Shown here: positions 13,158 to 25,301 of the stretch, piece by piece
Layout: the number at the start of each line of letters is the position of its first letter
Position numbering within the stretch: position 1 is the stretch's first letter
The notes under the pieces: model-generated
What the model saw: only the letters and a program-made list of their open reading frames with translations
Database searches by the model: none
What the model was told of the DNA's origin: nothing
Position numbers and translations under genes: made by a program
Assembly: GCF_021028975.2 (NCBI RefSeq)
Contig: NC_059425.1
Location: forward strand, 81,964,001-82,028,000
DNA length: 64,000 nt
From: Sphaerodactylus townsendi
Taxonomy: Eukaryota
Direction of reading: 5' to 3'

Positions 13158-13209
13158 AAGCAGAAGCTAGTCGCGTAACTAAAGCTTTTCGATGCCTTCT
13201 TCAGTGCTC
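13158..13209 (-). ncRNA. Type I hammerhead ribozyme in the 5' pLTR
   Basis: On -: GAGCA CUGAAGA AGGCAUC GAAA AGCU-(UUAGUUACGCGACU)-AGCU UC^ UGCUU. Stems I and III pair, stem II is minimal, cleavage triplet UUC. Confidence 0.8.
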
Positions 13210-13265
13210 CGTCTTCAATAAGCAATACAATAGATTAAAATTCTATAAATATATATACATTCTCA

Positions 13266-13370
13266 TAAAATATTAACACGGAATCAGATCTCATAGTCTG
13301 ATATCTGGGGTGGTGGTGGTGGAGGGAGAAGTACTACAATCAGTTTATGGTATGAGGGCATACAATACAG
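13266..13370. repeat. 105-bp direct repeat, right copy
   Basis: Matches 8709-8813. Confidence 0.95.
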
Positions 13371-13422
13371 CCCATTGCTGAAGTGAAAGAGATCTGGCCA
13401 GAAATGTTCAGATAATCTCTAC

Positions 13423-14792
13423 CAAGGATTTAGGTAAGGGGTGTGTGTCTTGGGTTCAACCCCCCCATTCATGTCCGAAGCTCCGCCCCTCGATTTGTGG
13501 GTTTTTAAGCATGTTTAGTTTTTTTGTTTTTGGCCTGCAGGGGGCGCATTGTTTGGGCTAGCAGCACCAAACTTTCAGGGATTGTTTGGGGGACTCTCCT
13601 GATGATACTACCCAGGTTTGGTGAGGTTTGGTTCAGGGGGTCCAAAGTTATGTACTCCCAAAAGGGGTGCCCCATCTTCCATTGTTTCCAATGGGAGCTA
13701 ATATAAGATGGGGGCTACACCTTTGAGGGTCCATAACTTTGGACACCCTGAACCAAACTTCACCAAACCTGGGAGGTATCATCAGGAGAATCTCTTACTG
13801 ATACCACCCAGGTTTTGTGAAGTTTGGTCCAGGGGGTCCAAAGCTATGGACTCCCAAAGGGGGTGCCCCCTGAACCAAACTTCACCAAACCTAGGTGGTA
13901 TCATTAGGAGAGTCTCCTAAAGATACCCTGAAGGTTGGTGCTGCTAGCTTAACAATTGCACCCCTGACAGCAGGCACCCCCCAAATTTCCCCAGATTCTC
14001 CTTTTAAATCCACCCCCTTTGGCATGGATTTAAAGGGAGAATCTGAGGTCCTCAATTTAGAAGAAGAAGAAGAGTTTGGATTTATATCCCCCCCTTTCTC
14101 TCCTGTAGGAGACTCAAAGGAGCTTACAATCTTCTTGACCTTCCCCCCTCACAACAAACACCCTGTGAGGTGGGTGGGGCTGAGAGAGCTCCAAAAAGCT
14201 GTGACTAGGCCAAGGTCACCCAGCTGGCATGTGTGGGAGTGCACAGGCTAATCTGAATTCCCCAGATAAGCCTCCACAGCTCAGGTGACAGAGCAGGGAA
14301 TAAAACCCGGTTCCTCCAGATAAGAATGCACCTGTTCTTAACCACTACGCCACATTGAAAGTGATGCTGTTTCAGGGTGGGGGATAATCCACCCCAAAAC
14401 AGCATCACTTTAAATATTGTTTAACTAGGGACCCCAGATTCTCCCTAAGGTGGATTTAAAAGGAGAATTTGGGCTCTCTAGTTTAAACACCATTGAAAGT
14501 GATGATGTTTGGGGGTGGATTCCAGCATCACAGCGGCTGCCCGGGGGGGGGGGGGGCGCAAAACTCAGATTTTGCACCAGGCTCCATTTTCCATCTATGC
14601 CTCTGTCCAGAGGGGAGGGCAGAATGAACTGATGGCTGCCAGCTGGTCTGCCATCACCAGCCTCGGAGAGATGTTTTTATAAGCGCTAGGCCAGGGGCGG
14701 GGCTCGGGGAGGCATGCCCATGCCCTAGGGGCGGGTGGGGGTGTGGCCCCACCCATGAACACCCCCATAAAAAATCTATACCTACGTCCCTG
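13423..14792. mobile_element. Composite non-autonomous hAT element (MITE)
   Basis: Perfect 8-bp TSD ATCTCTAC (13415-13422 / 14793-14800); TIR caaggatttaggta vs cagggacgtaggta; interior homologous to 40778-42051. Confidence 0.85.
14060..14353 (-). mobile_element. Squam3 SINE nested in the hAT MITE
   Basis: (GAA)n tail and body matching the other copies. Confidence 0.88.
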
Positions 14793-14911
14793 ATCTCTAC
14801 CTTGAATTGCATGATGGAAAAAAGGTAGATGAAATTAATAAATAGAGGTCAAGCACTTCAGCTAACGTTTTGAAGATGATCTAACATTCCATCCTAAGCA
14901 GCATTGTAGTG

Positions 14912-15685
14912 TGTTAAGTATCATCAAGTTGCTTCCGACTCATGGGGACCCTCTGAACTAATAACCTCCCAAATGTCCAGTTGTTTACAGCCTTGCTCAG
15001 GGCTATGGCTTCCTCGATATAGTCAATCCATCTCATGATGACTCTTCCTCTTTTCTTTCTGTCATCACTCTTTTCTGCCAGTAATGTGGTGTCTTCTGCA
15101 TAGCTCCAATCATTAATGTTTCTCCCACCAATTTTCACTACACCTTTATCTAAATCTAATCCAGTTAACCTTATGGCATGTTTTACATATAGATTGAAGA
15201 GGTAGGGAGATAAAATATATCTTGCCTGACACCTTTGCCAATTACGAACTATTCTGCTTCTCCATATTCTGGTAGCCTCTTGTCTGGAGTATATGTTGCA
15301 CATCAAAACAATCAGTTGCTATAGCACTCCTGTTTATATCTAGCCATAGCCTTTCATGATCCACACAGTCAAAAGCTTTGCTGTAATAATCTATTAAACA
15401 AAAGCTGATTTTCTTCTGAAATTCTTTCATATGATCCAGTAACCAACATAAATTTTAAATATGACCACTAGTACCTCTTTCTTTTCTGAATCTGGCTTGA
15501 ACACCTGGCATTTCCCATTCCATGTATGGTAACAGTCTTTGTTGTAAGATTTTGAGCATCACTTTACTCATGTAAAAAAATCAATGCGATGGTCCAATGT
15601 TGCAGTCTTAGGTGTCTCTGTTTTTGAAATTGGAATATAAATTGACCATTTCCAGTTGTGGGCCATTGTTTACATGTCCATATTT
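14912..15685 (-). mobile_element. RTE-BovB LINE fragments, internally deleted
   Basis: IDYYSKAFDCVDH, LSPYLFNLY and KIGGRNIND.SYAEDTTLLAE motifs, plus a BovB-type 3' end (gagtcggaagcaacttga). Confidence 0.85.
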
Positions 15686-16932
15686 AGAAGAGTATAATTC
15701 TGCTTAGGATGGCACTGTTTCTATTTAGAATGAAACTACCATATATCTAATAATCAAGTGTGGGGCTACCTGTGGACACAGATATTCAGACTGAACTTCT
15801 GATAGAAGGTAGATAGTTATCCAGATTTAGAGGACCTCTTAAGTTTGCAGAAAAACCCCCAACTCTGAACACTGAAAACATTTAAAAATACATTGAGGCT
15901 TTTAATCCCCCCCCAACTCAAAAACATTGTTTGCAAATGCACAGACAGTACTCCTCAACTGACCATGCTGTTGAAGCAGTGAAGCTCCAGGCAGGTGTGG
16001 GAGATGTCGCTCCCACCTATGAGGCAGTGAAAAGGCTGGGTGAGCTGATGGGTGAGTTGCTGAAATGGTGAAGGGGGGGCAGTTGAGCCACCTTCACACC
16101 TACCAAGGTGTTGAAGTTGTGTGGGACAGGGTGGTGGTGGTTTGGAGCTGACAGGCATCTAGGCAATCCACCACTGCTGTGAACGTGAGATGGTCCTCAT
16201 GGGTTTAACACAGGTTTATTTACAACTATCAATAAGGCTAATTAGAACTATAAACAGCTACACAGAGGTTCTGGACTTGAGGTTCCAGTTTCTAAGGAGA
16301 TGCATCATTGAATGCTTCTCTCTCAAAGATAAGCCCCTGTATTCTATGACTATATTTACAAAGAGCCTACACATCAAAAGGAGCCTGTAATTGTGGTGAA
16401 GACATGCATAGAGCTATTCTTATCTCTGCTAGGCAGTTAAGTTAACTATGGGAGCTGAGGAAATGCGGCTCTTTTCTCCAGGCACCCAAAGACAGAGTAA
16501 ACAAAGTAAAATAGATTGTTTTTTTCCCTGGAAAGGGTGTAGACATTCAGAGTGATTTAGAGCTTTTCAACAGATTTGCTCCCCTAGAGAATGAATTGCT
16601 TGAAAACACAACCAAAGTTGTAAAGCTCCCGATAGCCATGGAGCAGGGTGAGACAACTGGGACTGATTGGGCACACCCAAAGCCTTTAACAACCAAGGAG
16701 TTCATACTGGAGTATTTCTCAAAACTTTCTATTTTAATTTCTAGGACTCTTGAAATGATGCTAGAGAATGCTAAGGCTTTGGGAGATAAGCTGGACTTGT
16801 TAAATAATGCATACAAATCACTGCCAAAAGCACAGCAAATGCTTCGAGGAAAAGCAGAGCAAATGCTTGGTGGAAAAGAGGCTATGAGCTTTAGTATACA
16901 GAATGCACCTGCATACCTGGAGACAAGACTTA

Positions 16933-17052
16933 GGCTGATTCCGCATGGGCCAAAAACAGCGGTGTGAAAACCCTTTTACACCATTTTAAACCCTTTTACA
17001 CTGTTTTCACACTGTTTTCACACCACTGTTTTTGGCCCATGCGGAATCAGCC
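16933..17052. mobile_element. Harbinger-type MITE nested in LINE ORF1
   Basis: Long TIR ggctgattccgcatgggccaaaaacag; TSD TTA (16930-16932 / 17053-17055). Confidence 0.9.
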
Positions 17053-18971
17053 TTAGTCTTCAATCACGCACAGAATGTAATTAATTTAGTACTTCAAAAA
17101 CTTCAAAAACAGCAGGTAGCACTGTACATTGGAGAGAATGCATTAAACCATAGTAAATGGCACAACTTCAGGCTGATAAAGAAATTGCTGAGCCTGCTGT
17201 TAAAGCGCCCAGCTGTGGAGATCCCTCTTTATAGATATGAGATCCTGCCATTTAGGGGCCACTAAAGGAGATTGGTACTACACTTCCGACAAATTATGAT
17301 CCTCAGCATGCTGTCGAGGAGGTGGGATTATTTAATATACAACTTTGATATATGGCCCAGTTGAGTTTTTAAAAAAGCAAATATAAAATGCTTGTCTAAA
17401 GTTAATACAAATGAAAAGCTGACCACTCAATCCCAGCCCCAATTAGTGCCAAGAGCTAATACTGCACCAAAAATGGAGGATTTGGCTAAGGATTAGAAAA
17501 AACTAGAACTTGCTTTAGCACAGCTTGATAACTCTCGTATCCTGGATTTTTTTCAATCGATGGATCTTGAGGCAGCTAGGCAAAACAACACAGAGGATAC
17601 ATATTGCAGCCCCGAACAATGAAATTTACAACAACAGCCTCACTTACAACAATAACAGATGCTGATAAACTAACTGAACAGGAAATACCCTTTGAACATG
17701 ATATAGTCTATAGGATATCTAAAGTTCTGGAAAGTGTGAGATGTTGCCATGATCTAGGAAAGCCATGGGCACAAGAGTTGAGAGAAACTAATACTTCCTT
17801 GAATATTTCTGAAAACCCCGATAGTCCTCTAACATATCCTTGAATGAAGGGGATGAATGAAATCCCATAGAACTGGAGCTAGAAGAAGAAATAGTAAGAA
17901 CTTTTAGAGATTTGCCAACTGAAGAACAAAAGAAAATTACTGAAAGATTGGAGCAAACTAGAACCTCTCTTGTACAATATATGAAGAGCCCATTAAATAG
18001 GAAGAAGATACCTTTAGAGATTGATGATGAGATTTCATCAGTGAAGAATGGAGCGACTGGCGAAAACCATCAAATAAAAAATGACTAACATCACCTCATG
18101 GATCTTGGAGAATCATTTCATGGAATATCGCAGACTAGCGTTCAAAACTGGCAGACTCTAATTTTAGAGATTTTTTAAACAACTTTGATATTATTTCATT
18201 ACAGGAGACCTGGTGTGCAGAGCAAGATCATATAAGTGCTATGGTACCCCTGCGGTTAAGCTAAATCTATACGGCAGAGCAAGTGGAAGTCTGGTTACAT
18301 TCATTTCAGAAAGACTGAAGGGCACATGCCGCTGGTTAAAATGGAAATGATAATCATATTCAGATCTTGAGGGTAAATAATGAGATTATGGGTCATCTTA
18401 TATGTATTAATTGCTACCTACCAGTATATAGAACTGGTAATCTGGGGTGTCAACGAAAATAGGCAAACCTATATGAAATAATGGATAGAATTGAGAAAGA
18501 ATTTCCAGGGGCTGTGATTTGGTTGATGGGAGATTTCAATGCTAGAGTATAACGGGACAATGACTGTTACAAGCAATTGTCGCAGTTATGGGTACATGCC
18601 TCTTTGTTTATCCCTTGGAGCTCCGGTAATCATGGTTTTAATTATGCTGGAACTTTATTAATAAGATTGATGTTTGATTTTGACCTGGTGTTTCTAAATG
18701 GTACCACATGTGATGGAACAGGAGAGGACTTTACTTTCTTTGGACCAAGGGGCACTAGTGTTATTAATCATATACTAGCATCAAAACATTTATTACCTAG
18801 GGTCGTCTGCTTTGAAACCCAAAATAGAGTGGAAAGTGACCATGTCCTGCTGAGTGTAACCTTTTGCTTCCTTAGAAATCAGTCGGGGAAGCAAATAAGT
18901 GAAAATAGACCAGGAAAGAGACATCTGAAATGGAATAAGATTGATGAGAAAGTTAAGCTAGCATTGTACAG

Positions 18972-19206
18972 ACTGAGCCCTGTCCCACCCACCCCCATGG
19001 TGGAGGCCGGCTCTTGCTCTTCCCAGGGCAGAGGGAGGGCAAAAGTTGGCCTGCAGCGAGCCTGGGTTGGGGGGTGGGGCACCATGGCAGGCAGCTCAGG
19101 CGCATACCATTTCATCTTATGGGGGGTGTCCAGCGCCCCCACGTGACCGAAAGGTGTGCACTTGGGGACATGGGTGTCTCCATGTCCCTAGGGCAGTACG
19201 CCCCTG
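18972..19206. mobile_element. Partial GC-rich hAT MITE nested in LINE ORF2
   Basis: Abrupt GC-rich insert ending tacgcccctg, the same terminus as 21557-22065; left end and TSD not clear. Confidence 0.6.
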
Positions 19207-19696
19207 TATAGAGGACATACGATGTTTGTCAATGGCTAGATTCCAATATAAAATCTTACTCAAAGAGGAAAAGCTAGCTTTTAATAGTCAGCCATGGGAG
19301 GAATTATACCGGGCAATGGAATTTTAACAAGAAAGAAATATCTGGGACCTAGTAGGAAATGATACAGGTAGTAACTCCGCTACTGATAATATTTCTGTAG
19401 AGGAATAACTATTTTACTAAACTAAATCAAAAAGACCCTGGTTTTAGGCTGGTGGGCCCAGACACAAACATTGGGAAGGATTCCCTACCTGTTTCTCCTT
19501 CTGTGTGTAGAAAACTAATTGAGTCCCTTCCTTTGGGTAAAGCCCCTGGTGAAGATCTAGTACCATCGGAGGTCTTTAAATCATATGCTCAGTGGTGGCC
19601 ACCAATCATGGCAAGACTCTTCACAGATATAAACGAAGAATGTAAAATACCTGACTACTGGAAATGGAGTATCATCGTACCTATATACAAAAAAGG

Positions 19697-20010
19697 AGAA
19701 GAAGAAGAAGAAGAAGAAGAAGAGTTTGGATTTATATCCCCCCTTTCTCTCCTGCAGGAGACTCAAAGGGGCTTACAATCTCCTTGCCCTTCCCCCCTCA
19801 CAACAAACACCCTGTGAGGTAGGTGGGGCTGAGAGAGCTCTGAGAAGCTGTGACTAGCCCAAGGTCACCCAGCTGGCGTGCGTGGGAGTGCACAGGCTAA
19901 TCTGAATTCCCCAGATAAGCCTCCACAGCTCAGGTGGCAGAGCTGGGAATCAAACCCGGTTCCTCCACATTAGATACACGAGCTCTTAACCTCCTACGCC
20001 ACTGCTGCTC
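19697..20010 (-). mobile_element. Squam3 SINE splitting the LINE RT domain
   Basis: Interrupts IIVPIYKKG / PANYRPISLL; long (GAA)n tail. Confidence 0.92.
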
Positions 20011-21556
20011 CATAGATCTCAACCTGCTAACTATAGACCCATAAGTTTGCTAGATATCTCATATAAAATATATTCACGATATCTACTTAATAAACTGAAT
20101 GAGTGGCAAGAGGAAAACAAGATATTTAATGCAGAACAATCTGGGTTTCGGAAAAGTCATTGCACCTTGGTAAATTTGATTCAGAAATTTAGCTTCTATC
20201 CTAGATGAAAGTTGTATGTTGCCTTTGTAGATCTCCCATCAGCATTTGATTCCACTGACAGACCTATACTATGGGAAAAAATGGAAATGACAAGTATGGA
20301 TAAAAGTTTGCTGAAGATATTAAAAGAAATACACTTCAATATTATGTCAGAAATTAGGGTTGGCAATAGCAGCATATATACAGAAGTCATAATATTACAA
20401 AAAGTGGTTAAACAGGGTTGTTTACTGGCTCCGTTTCGGTTTAATTTTTACATAAACGATTGTATTCAAGTTATAAATGACACAGAGCTTATTCCTCCCT
20501 CCCTTGAACAAAGGAAAATGCCAGCACTTCTGTATGCTGATGACATGGCAATTATGTCCATTACCAGGGTTGGACTAAACAGAATGTTACGTAAACAAGT
20601 GGACTATTGTAATGAGAATAAAATTAAAATTAATCACAACAAAACTAAGGTAGTGGTATTTGGCAGAAGTAGAATAAAGCACAGATGGTACATTTCTGGG
20701 CAGGAAATTGAACAAAGTCCCAGTTATAAATATTTGGGCATAAATTTTGTTTCAACCTTATCGTGGAAAGCTCATTGTTTGTCCAAGATCATTGATGCAA
20801 ACAGGGGCTCTGCTAAAATTCTTCTACAATGAAGGGGGACAGCTAGTGGCCCCAATTATCAAAATATTTAAGAGCAAAATTCTCCCACATTATATGAAGT
20901 TGAAATATGGAGTTGAAATCAGAAGTCCGTGATTGAAGTTATATAAAATAAGTTTCTTAGGAAAGTCATGGGACTTTCCCTGGCCATAGCTGCCCCACTG
21001 ATTCAGATGGAGGTTGGCTTTCCTGCCATCTCCATGTGTGTTCACCTCAGATTATTGTTATATTTTAGAAGGTTGCCTGGGCTACCTAAAAACCATCTTG
21101 TCAGCCTTACATTCAGACATATGTATTGAAAAAACAAATGGCAAAAGCTGATGGGTCGCGTTTTAAATCTTTATGATATACCATCGTTGGATGCAGTCAA
21201 GTCTTGGGAAATCAGCAAGATTTGAGATTGCATCCTTTAAAAAGATGCACATTTAGATGAGAAAGAAGCAGTAAATACCAAAGCTGCACACTGGTTTCCC
21301 AAGATAAAGAAAAACAAAGTTTTTGCCAAGTACCTTTTCTCCCTCACTAACTCCAGCCTAAGGAAGGCATTTACTAGTGGGCACTTCCAGACTTTTCAGA
21401 CAGAATATCTGTTGGGAAGATTCTGTAGACGCCCAATAGAATTGTGATTATGTAAATGTGAAACAAGACAAATTGAAAATCTTCCTCATTACGGATTATA
21501 TAGACCTTTTTATACTCACATTTGAGCTAAATATCTTAATTATATTTTAATGCAGG

Positions 21557-22065
21557 CTGAGGCATATTGGGGAGAAATGCGGTCAGGGGGCAACACCTGC
21601 TCTGGGTGCCCCTCCTTGGGCCACTTACCTTTGCAAGCCTGCAGGGAGGCGGGGGGGGGAGTGGACTCAGGAGGTGGTGAGCAGCTTAGCGGGTACCTGA
21701 GGCCGGCTCCTGCACTCCCCGGTCTCCCAGCTGACAGGCTGGCCTCCGATAGAGGTGGGGAGGCTGGCAGAAGCTGGCATTGGGCAGTAGCCTGCCGCAA
21801 ACCTGCCAAAGTGCCCCTCAGCAGGCTGCCGCTCCCACCTTTATTGGAGACCGGCCTCTGATAGAGGTGTGGAGGCAGGCAGAAGCTGGGGCTGGGCCGG
21901 CAGGCTGCTGCAAACCTGCCGAAATTCCCCTCTAGTCGAGGGGTGCCCAGTGGCACCACGGCCGGCTTCAGTGTGTGGGGGGCTTTTTTGAGCCCCCCTC
22001 AAGACCTGATGGGTGGAGCCTAGGGACATGGGATGCCCCCTGTCCCTCTGGCAGGTACACCCCTT
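21557..22065. mobile_element. hAT MITE nested near the LINE 3' end
   Basis: 8-bp TSD AATGCAGG (21549-21556 / 22066-22073); degenerate CAGGGGCGTA-type TIRs; internal direct duplication of about 110 bp. Confidence 0.8.
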
Positions 22066-23949
22066 AATGCAGGTTCAAGGATCAGAGGAAAAGAAAGTAT
22101 GCTTTTTGATGGCTTTTTGATGTTTTTGATGTATTTCCCCTCGTAACTTTTAAACTTGCTTCTTTTATGTTCTTAGCAGGTTTAATTAGGAAGAAACAAA
22201 TGTTGATTTTAAATGTAATATTTTGTATTTCAGTTTTTTAATGTTTTTTAATGTTTTTGTTGTTGTGTATGGTCTATGGCTTAACACAAATAAATGACTC
22301 ACAGTCTGAACTCCTCTAAGTCTCAGCTACAACTACTTTTCCTGGGTCTCTTAACTTCATCAATTCAAAGTCTTAAAGGCACACATCACCACAACCACTG
22401 CTAATGAGAAAAAGAGATTAATGGGGTAGGGGAGGCAGAAAAAGAGTGACAGAAGACATGAGGGGGAGAGAAATAGAAAGTAGAAGATGAGGTAGGGAAG
22501 GGAGAAAGAAACACTGAGAGAGGTGGAGGAAGAGGAGAGGAAATGGGATGGTCACTCCCACAAGTTCCTGGCAGGTTCCTAGTATTTATACACAATTGGT
22601 GATATGGCAGAATGTTATTGATAAAGAAAACTAGTGGCAAATTCAGCCCATGCTTGATCTTCAGAGAGAGAGAGAGAGACATTATTTCTGTTGCTCTGCA
22701 AATGTCACTTAATGCTTCAAAACAAAGTAATGAGATCCCTAAAGAGACTGTGGTGTCTCATGAGTTCCAAACCTGTGGAATTCTGTATAAGCCAGGTAAT
22801 TGGAATGAACTCAATAAAAGTTCTGATGAGCATCTAAACCATTAGATGTTAACTATGCAATCCTAAGCAGAGCTATGTCATTCTAAGCCAGCTGAAGTCA
22901 CTGATAATTTCCTACCTTGTGCAATAGTGTTTGTGTCTTATGGCAGAAAAATATATATGAATAAGTGAGAGCATCTAGGAGGTGTTTAATCTTCATAAGA
23001 AAGGGTCTTCAATATGACCCAATATGAATTATGTCATGTGATTATTAATTGATACAGGAGAATGACATGCAGCTAATACGAAGCATTAAATAAAAAATGT
23101 ACCTTTCACATCTATTTCCTGCTTAGAAAGCTCCTTTCTTGAGGTATTGGATGTCTGTGACATTCATTTGAAATCATTTCCTGAATATCCTGGTTGCTAT
23201 AGCAGCTGGTGCTGCTGATGGCATTTGCATGCAAAGCACTCAGTGAGAAGATTTGTAGAAAAGTCAGTGAAAATGGTCAAGCTCATCAGCTTGTTCTCAA
23301 CCCACCTGCAAATGGCACATTACGCAATATCTCTGGGAGGCCAAAGATTTGTTGTAGCTGGCAGAGCTGCAGGTAGGACCAAACAGGAGAGAAGCTCCCC
23401 TTCTTCAACAGAGTGGTCTTTGCTAGGACTGTTTTGCTGTTGGTCTTCTTCTGCACGCTCTTCTCACCACCCAGGGAGCACATGCAGAAAACAACATGTT
23501 TTTCTTATTACCGTGCTAGTTTTACTATTTTTTTATCTGTAGTTCAAGCAAAAAGAAAAAAATTACAATTGGCCAACTTTTCACTGACAGACATCTTGTT
23601 CCACTTCACATGTGTATTTCTCAGCTTGGTTGGCAGACTACAAAATAGGCAAAAGCCCTAAAAATGTGTGTGAAGCCATGTAATTAATCCATTCACATAG
23701 CTCTAGCCATCATAACTCAGAGCTAGCATCAGCATACCCTGAGGTAAGGCAGATGCTGAGCCCCAGCTTTTAGCAGTGCCCATTGCCACTCCCTGCTGGC
23801 CTCCTGTCACCCATGATTCTGGCTGAATGTGGTGCCTATCGTGACTCCTCTGACCAGCCTAGAGATTCATAGTCTTCAAGAGCCTGAGGAACTGAGGCTG
23901 GTAACTGAGGAAGACCACAGGGGTACAGGAGGTCCTGACACTACAGATT

Positions 23950-24148
23950 AGAAATTACCCAGAGATTTTGGGGTGGAGTCTGAGGAGGATGGGATTTGGG
24001 AGGGGAGGGGAGGGACTTAAATGGGATATGCCATAAAGTCCACCTTCCAAAGTGGTCATTTTCTCCAGGTGATCTGATATCTGTCGCCTGGAGATCAGTT
24101 GTAACAGTGGGAGATCTCTTGCCACCACCTCGATCCTGGCAAACCTAA
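23950..24148 (-). mobile_element. TAGGGTTGCCA-family hAT MITE, partial
   Basis: Homologous to 55205-55417 and 57228-57424. Confidence 0.75.
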
Positions 24149-24459
24149 CTACAGAGGAATTGGCTGACAGTGTTCCTGTAGTGCCAGAGGCCATTCTGCC
24201 AGAGTTTGTGAGGGGGACCTTGTCATTGGCCCCTAAGGAAACCACCAGGCACTCATCCATTTTGCAGTAGGAGGGCTCACAAGTGACTTAGCTGGCAGGA
24301 CATGTGAGCAGGATGTTGGGGAGGGGAATGTGGGTAATATGCAGAAAGAGGAGGACAAGCAGTGTGAAGGAGAAGGGACCTAGAACTGGCCTTGTAGTGG
24401 CCTCTATCATATCCCTCCACTATGCAAAAATCTGAAACTTTCCTCAATGGCAAGAAGTC

Positions 24460-24750
24460 AGTCAATGAAACTGGCTGGTAGAAGACTGAAGTCAGTCAAA
24501 AGTAAGTGCTACATACAATAAGTAGTTGATTCATGGCTCCTGACTTTGATGGATTTATAAAATGATTGTTTAATTTCTGTAAGGAATTGATTTATCACTG
24601 GTTATTAGCCATGATAGCCACTGGGACATTCAGGTTCAGAAGTGGAATGCCTCTGGTTGTCAAATGCTGGGAATTACTTGGCAGATGAAGGCTGGTGTCT
24701 GCAAGCCTTGCTTGTAGACTACCCTGTGACATCTGATTGGCTATTATGTC
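24460..24750 (+). mobile_element. Old CR1 3' fragment
   Basis: Degenerate CR1 ORF2 end and 3' UTR motifs (caatgaaactg..., ggttattagccatgat, gaatgcctctg). Confidence 0.4.
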
Positions 24751-25231
24751 TTCTCCACATGTTTGTACCACGTTAGTTGAGAAGTAAATTAAAGGAAGAA
24801 TTAAAAGAAGAATTGGCAGTTAAATTTAGCAAGAGAAGGCATGGGAGAAGATAACCTATCCCCTTTTACCAACTTGCACCAATTTTATTTTTAAAATACC
24901 CTTCCCCCCCATACACACATGCATCCACATTGGATATAAGCAAATGGAACTTGTGCATAATAGTCTCCATCCCCCACCCCACAAGAAATGCTACGCACAC
25001 AAATGTCAGAGAGGATGCTGTGTGATGCAACGATGAGCTATGTTTTGCAATTTCATAACTTGACAATTGAATCAGAGCTGCTGAGTCATTCCCACTCCTC
25101 TATACCTTTTTACACCAGTCAAACAGAAATGAAAAGACAGTGCAGCGAAATAGAAACCGAAGGCAGAGTGTGGTGACAAGCATCATGGTGCAGCAAAATA
25201 ACAGCCACATCTGTTAAATGATAAATGTTAG

Positions 25232-25301
25232 GGTTGGGGGTCACCACAACATGAGGAACTGTATTAAAGGGTCGTGGCATTGGAAAGGTTGAGAACCACT
25301 T
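25232..25301 (+). mobile_element. SPIN (Space Invaders) hAT right terminus, embedded in a TAGGGTTGCCA MITE
   Basis: ggttgggggtcaccacaacatgaggaactgtattaaagggtcgtggcattggaaaggttgagaaccact matches the SPIN/URR1 right end as I recall it. Confidence 0.8.

Larger units (their letters stand above)
8812..13265 (-). mobile_element. Penelope-like retroelement (Neptune type), structurally complete
   Basis: Frameshifted ORF from 12688 to 9729: N-terminal HYHAVSLTEYAKANRIPRGLRI...W..ILNKCSLDLM, RT fragments, C-terminal GIY-YIG-type RVRMQEHASNI...VEHF...LLQQETKW...GLN. Direct pseudo-LTRs at 8812-9394 and 12694-13264. Confidence 0.93.
16190..22300 (+). mobile_element. Near-full-length degenerate APE-RT LINE (RTE-X-like) with nested insertions
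   Basis: ORF1-like region from about 16448 (KQSKIDCFF). Endonuclease IISWNIA...FDIISLQETW at about 18110, then GDFNAR and ESDH. RT KAPGED, IIVPIYKKG|PANYRPISLL, YVAFVD..AFD, KQGCLLAP, LLYADD. C-terminal CKC...E.LPH; 3' end aataaa at about 22288. Confidence 0.85.
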
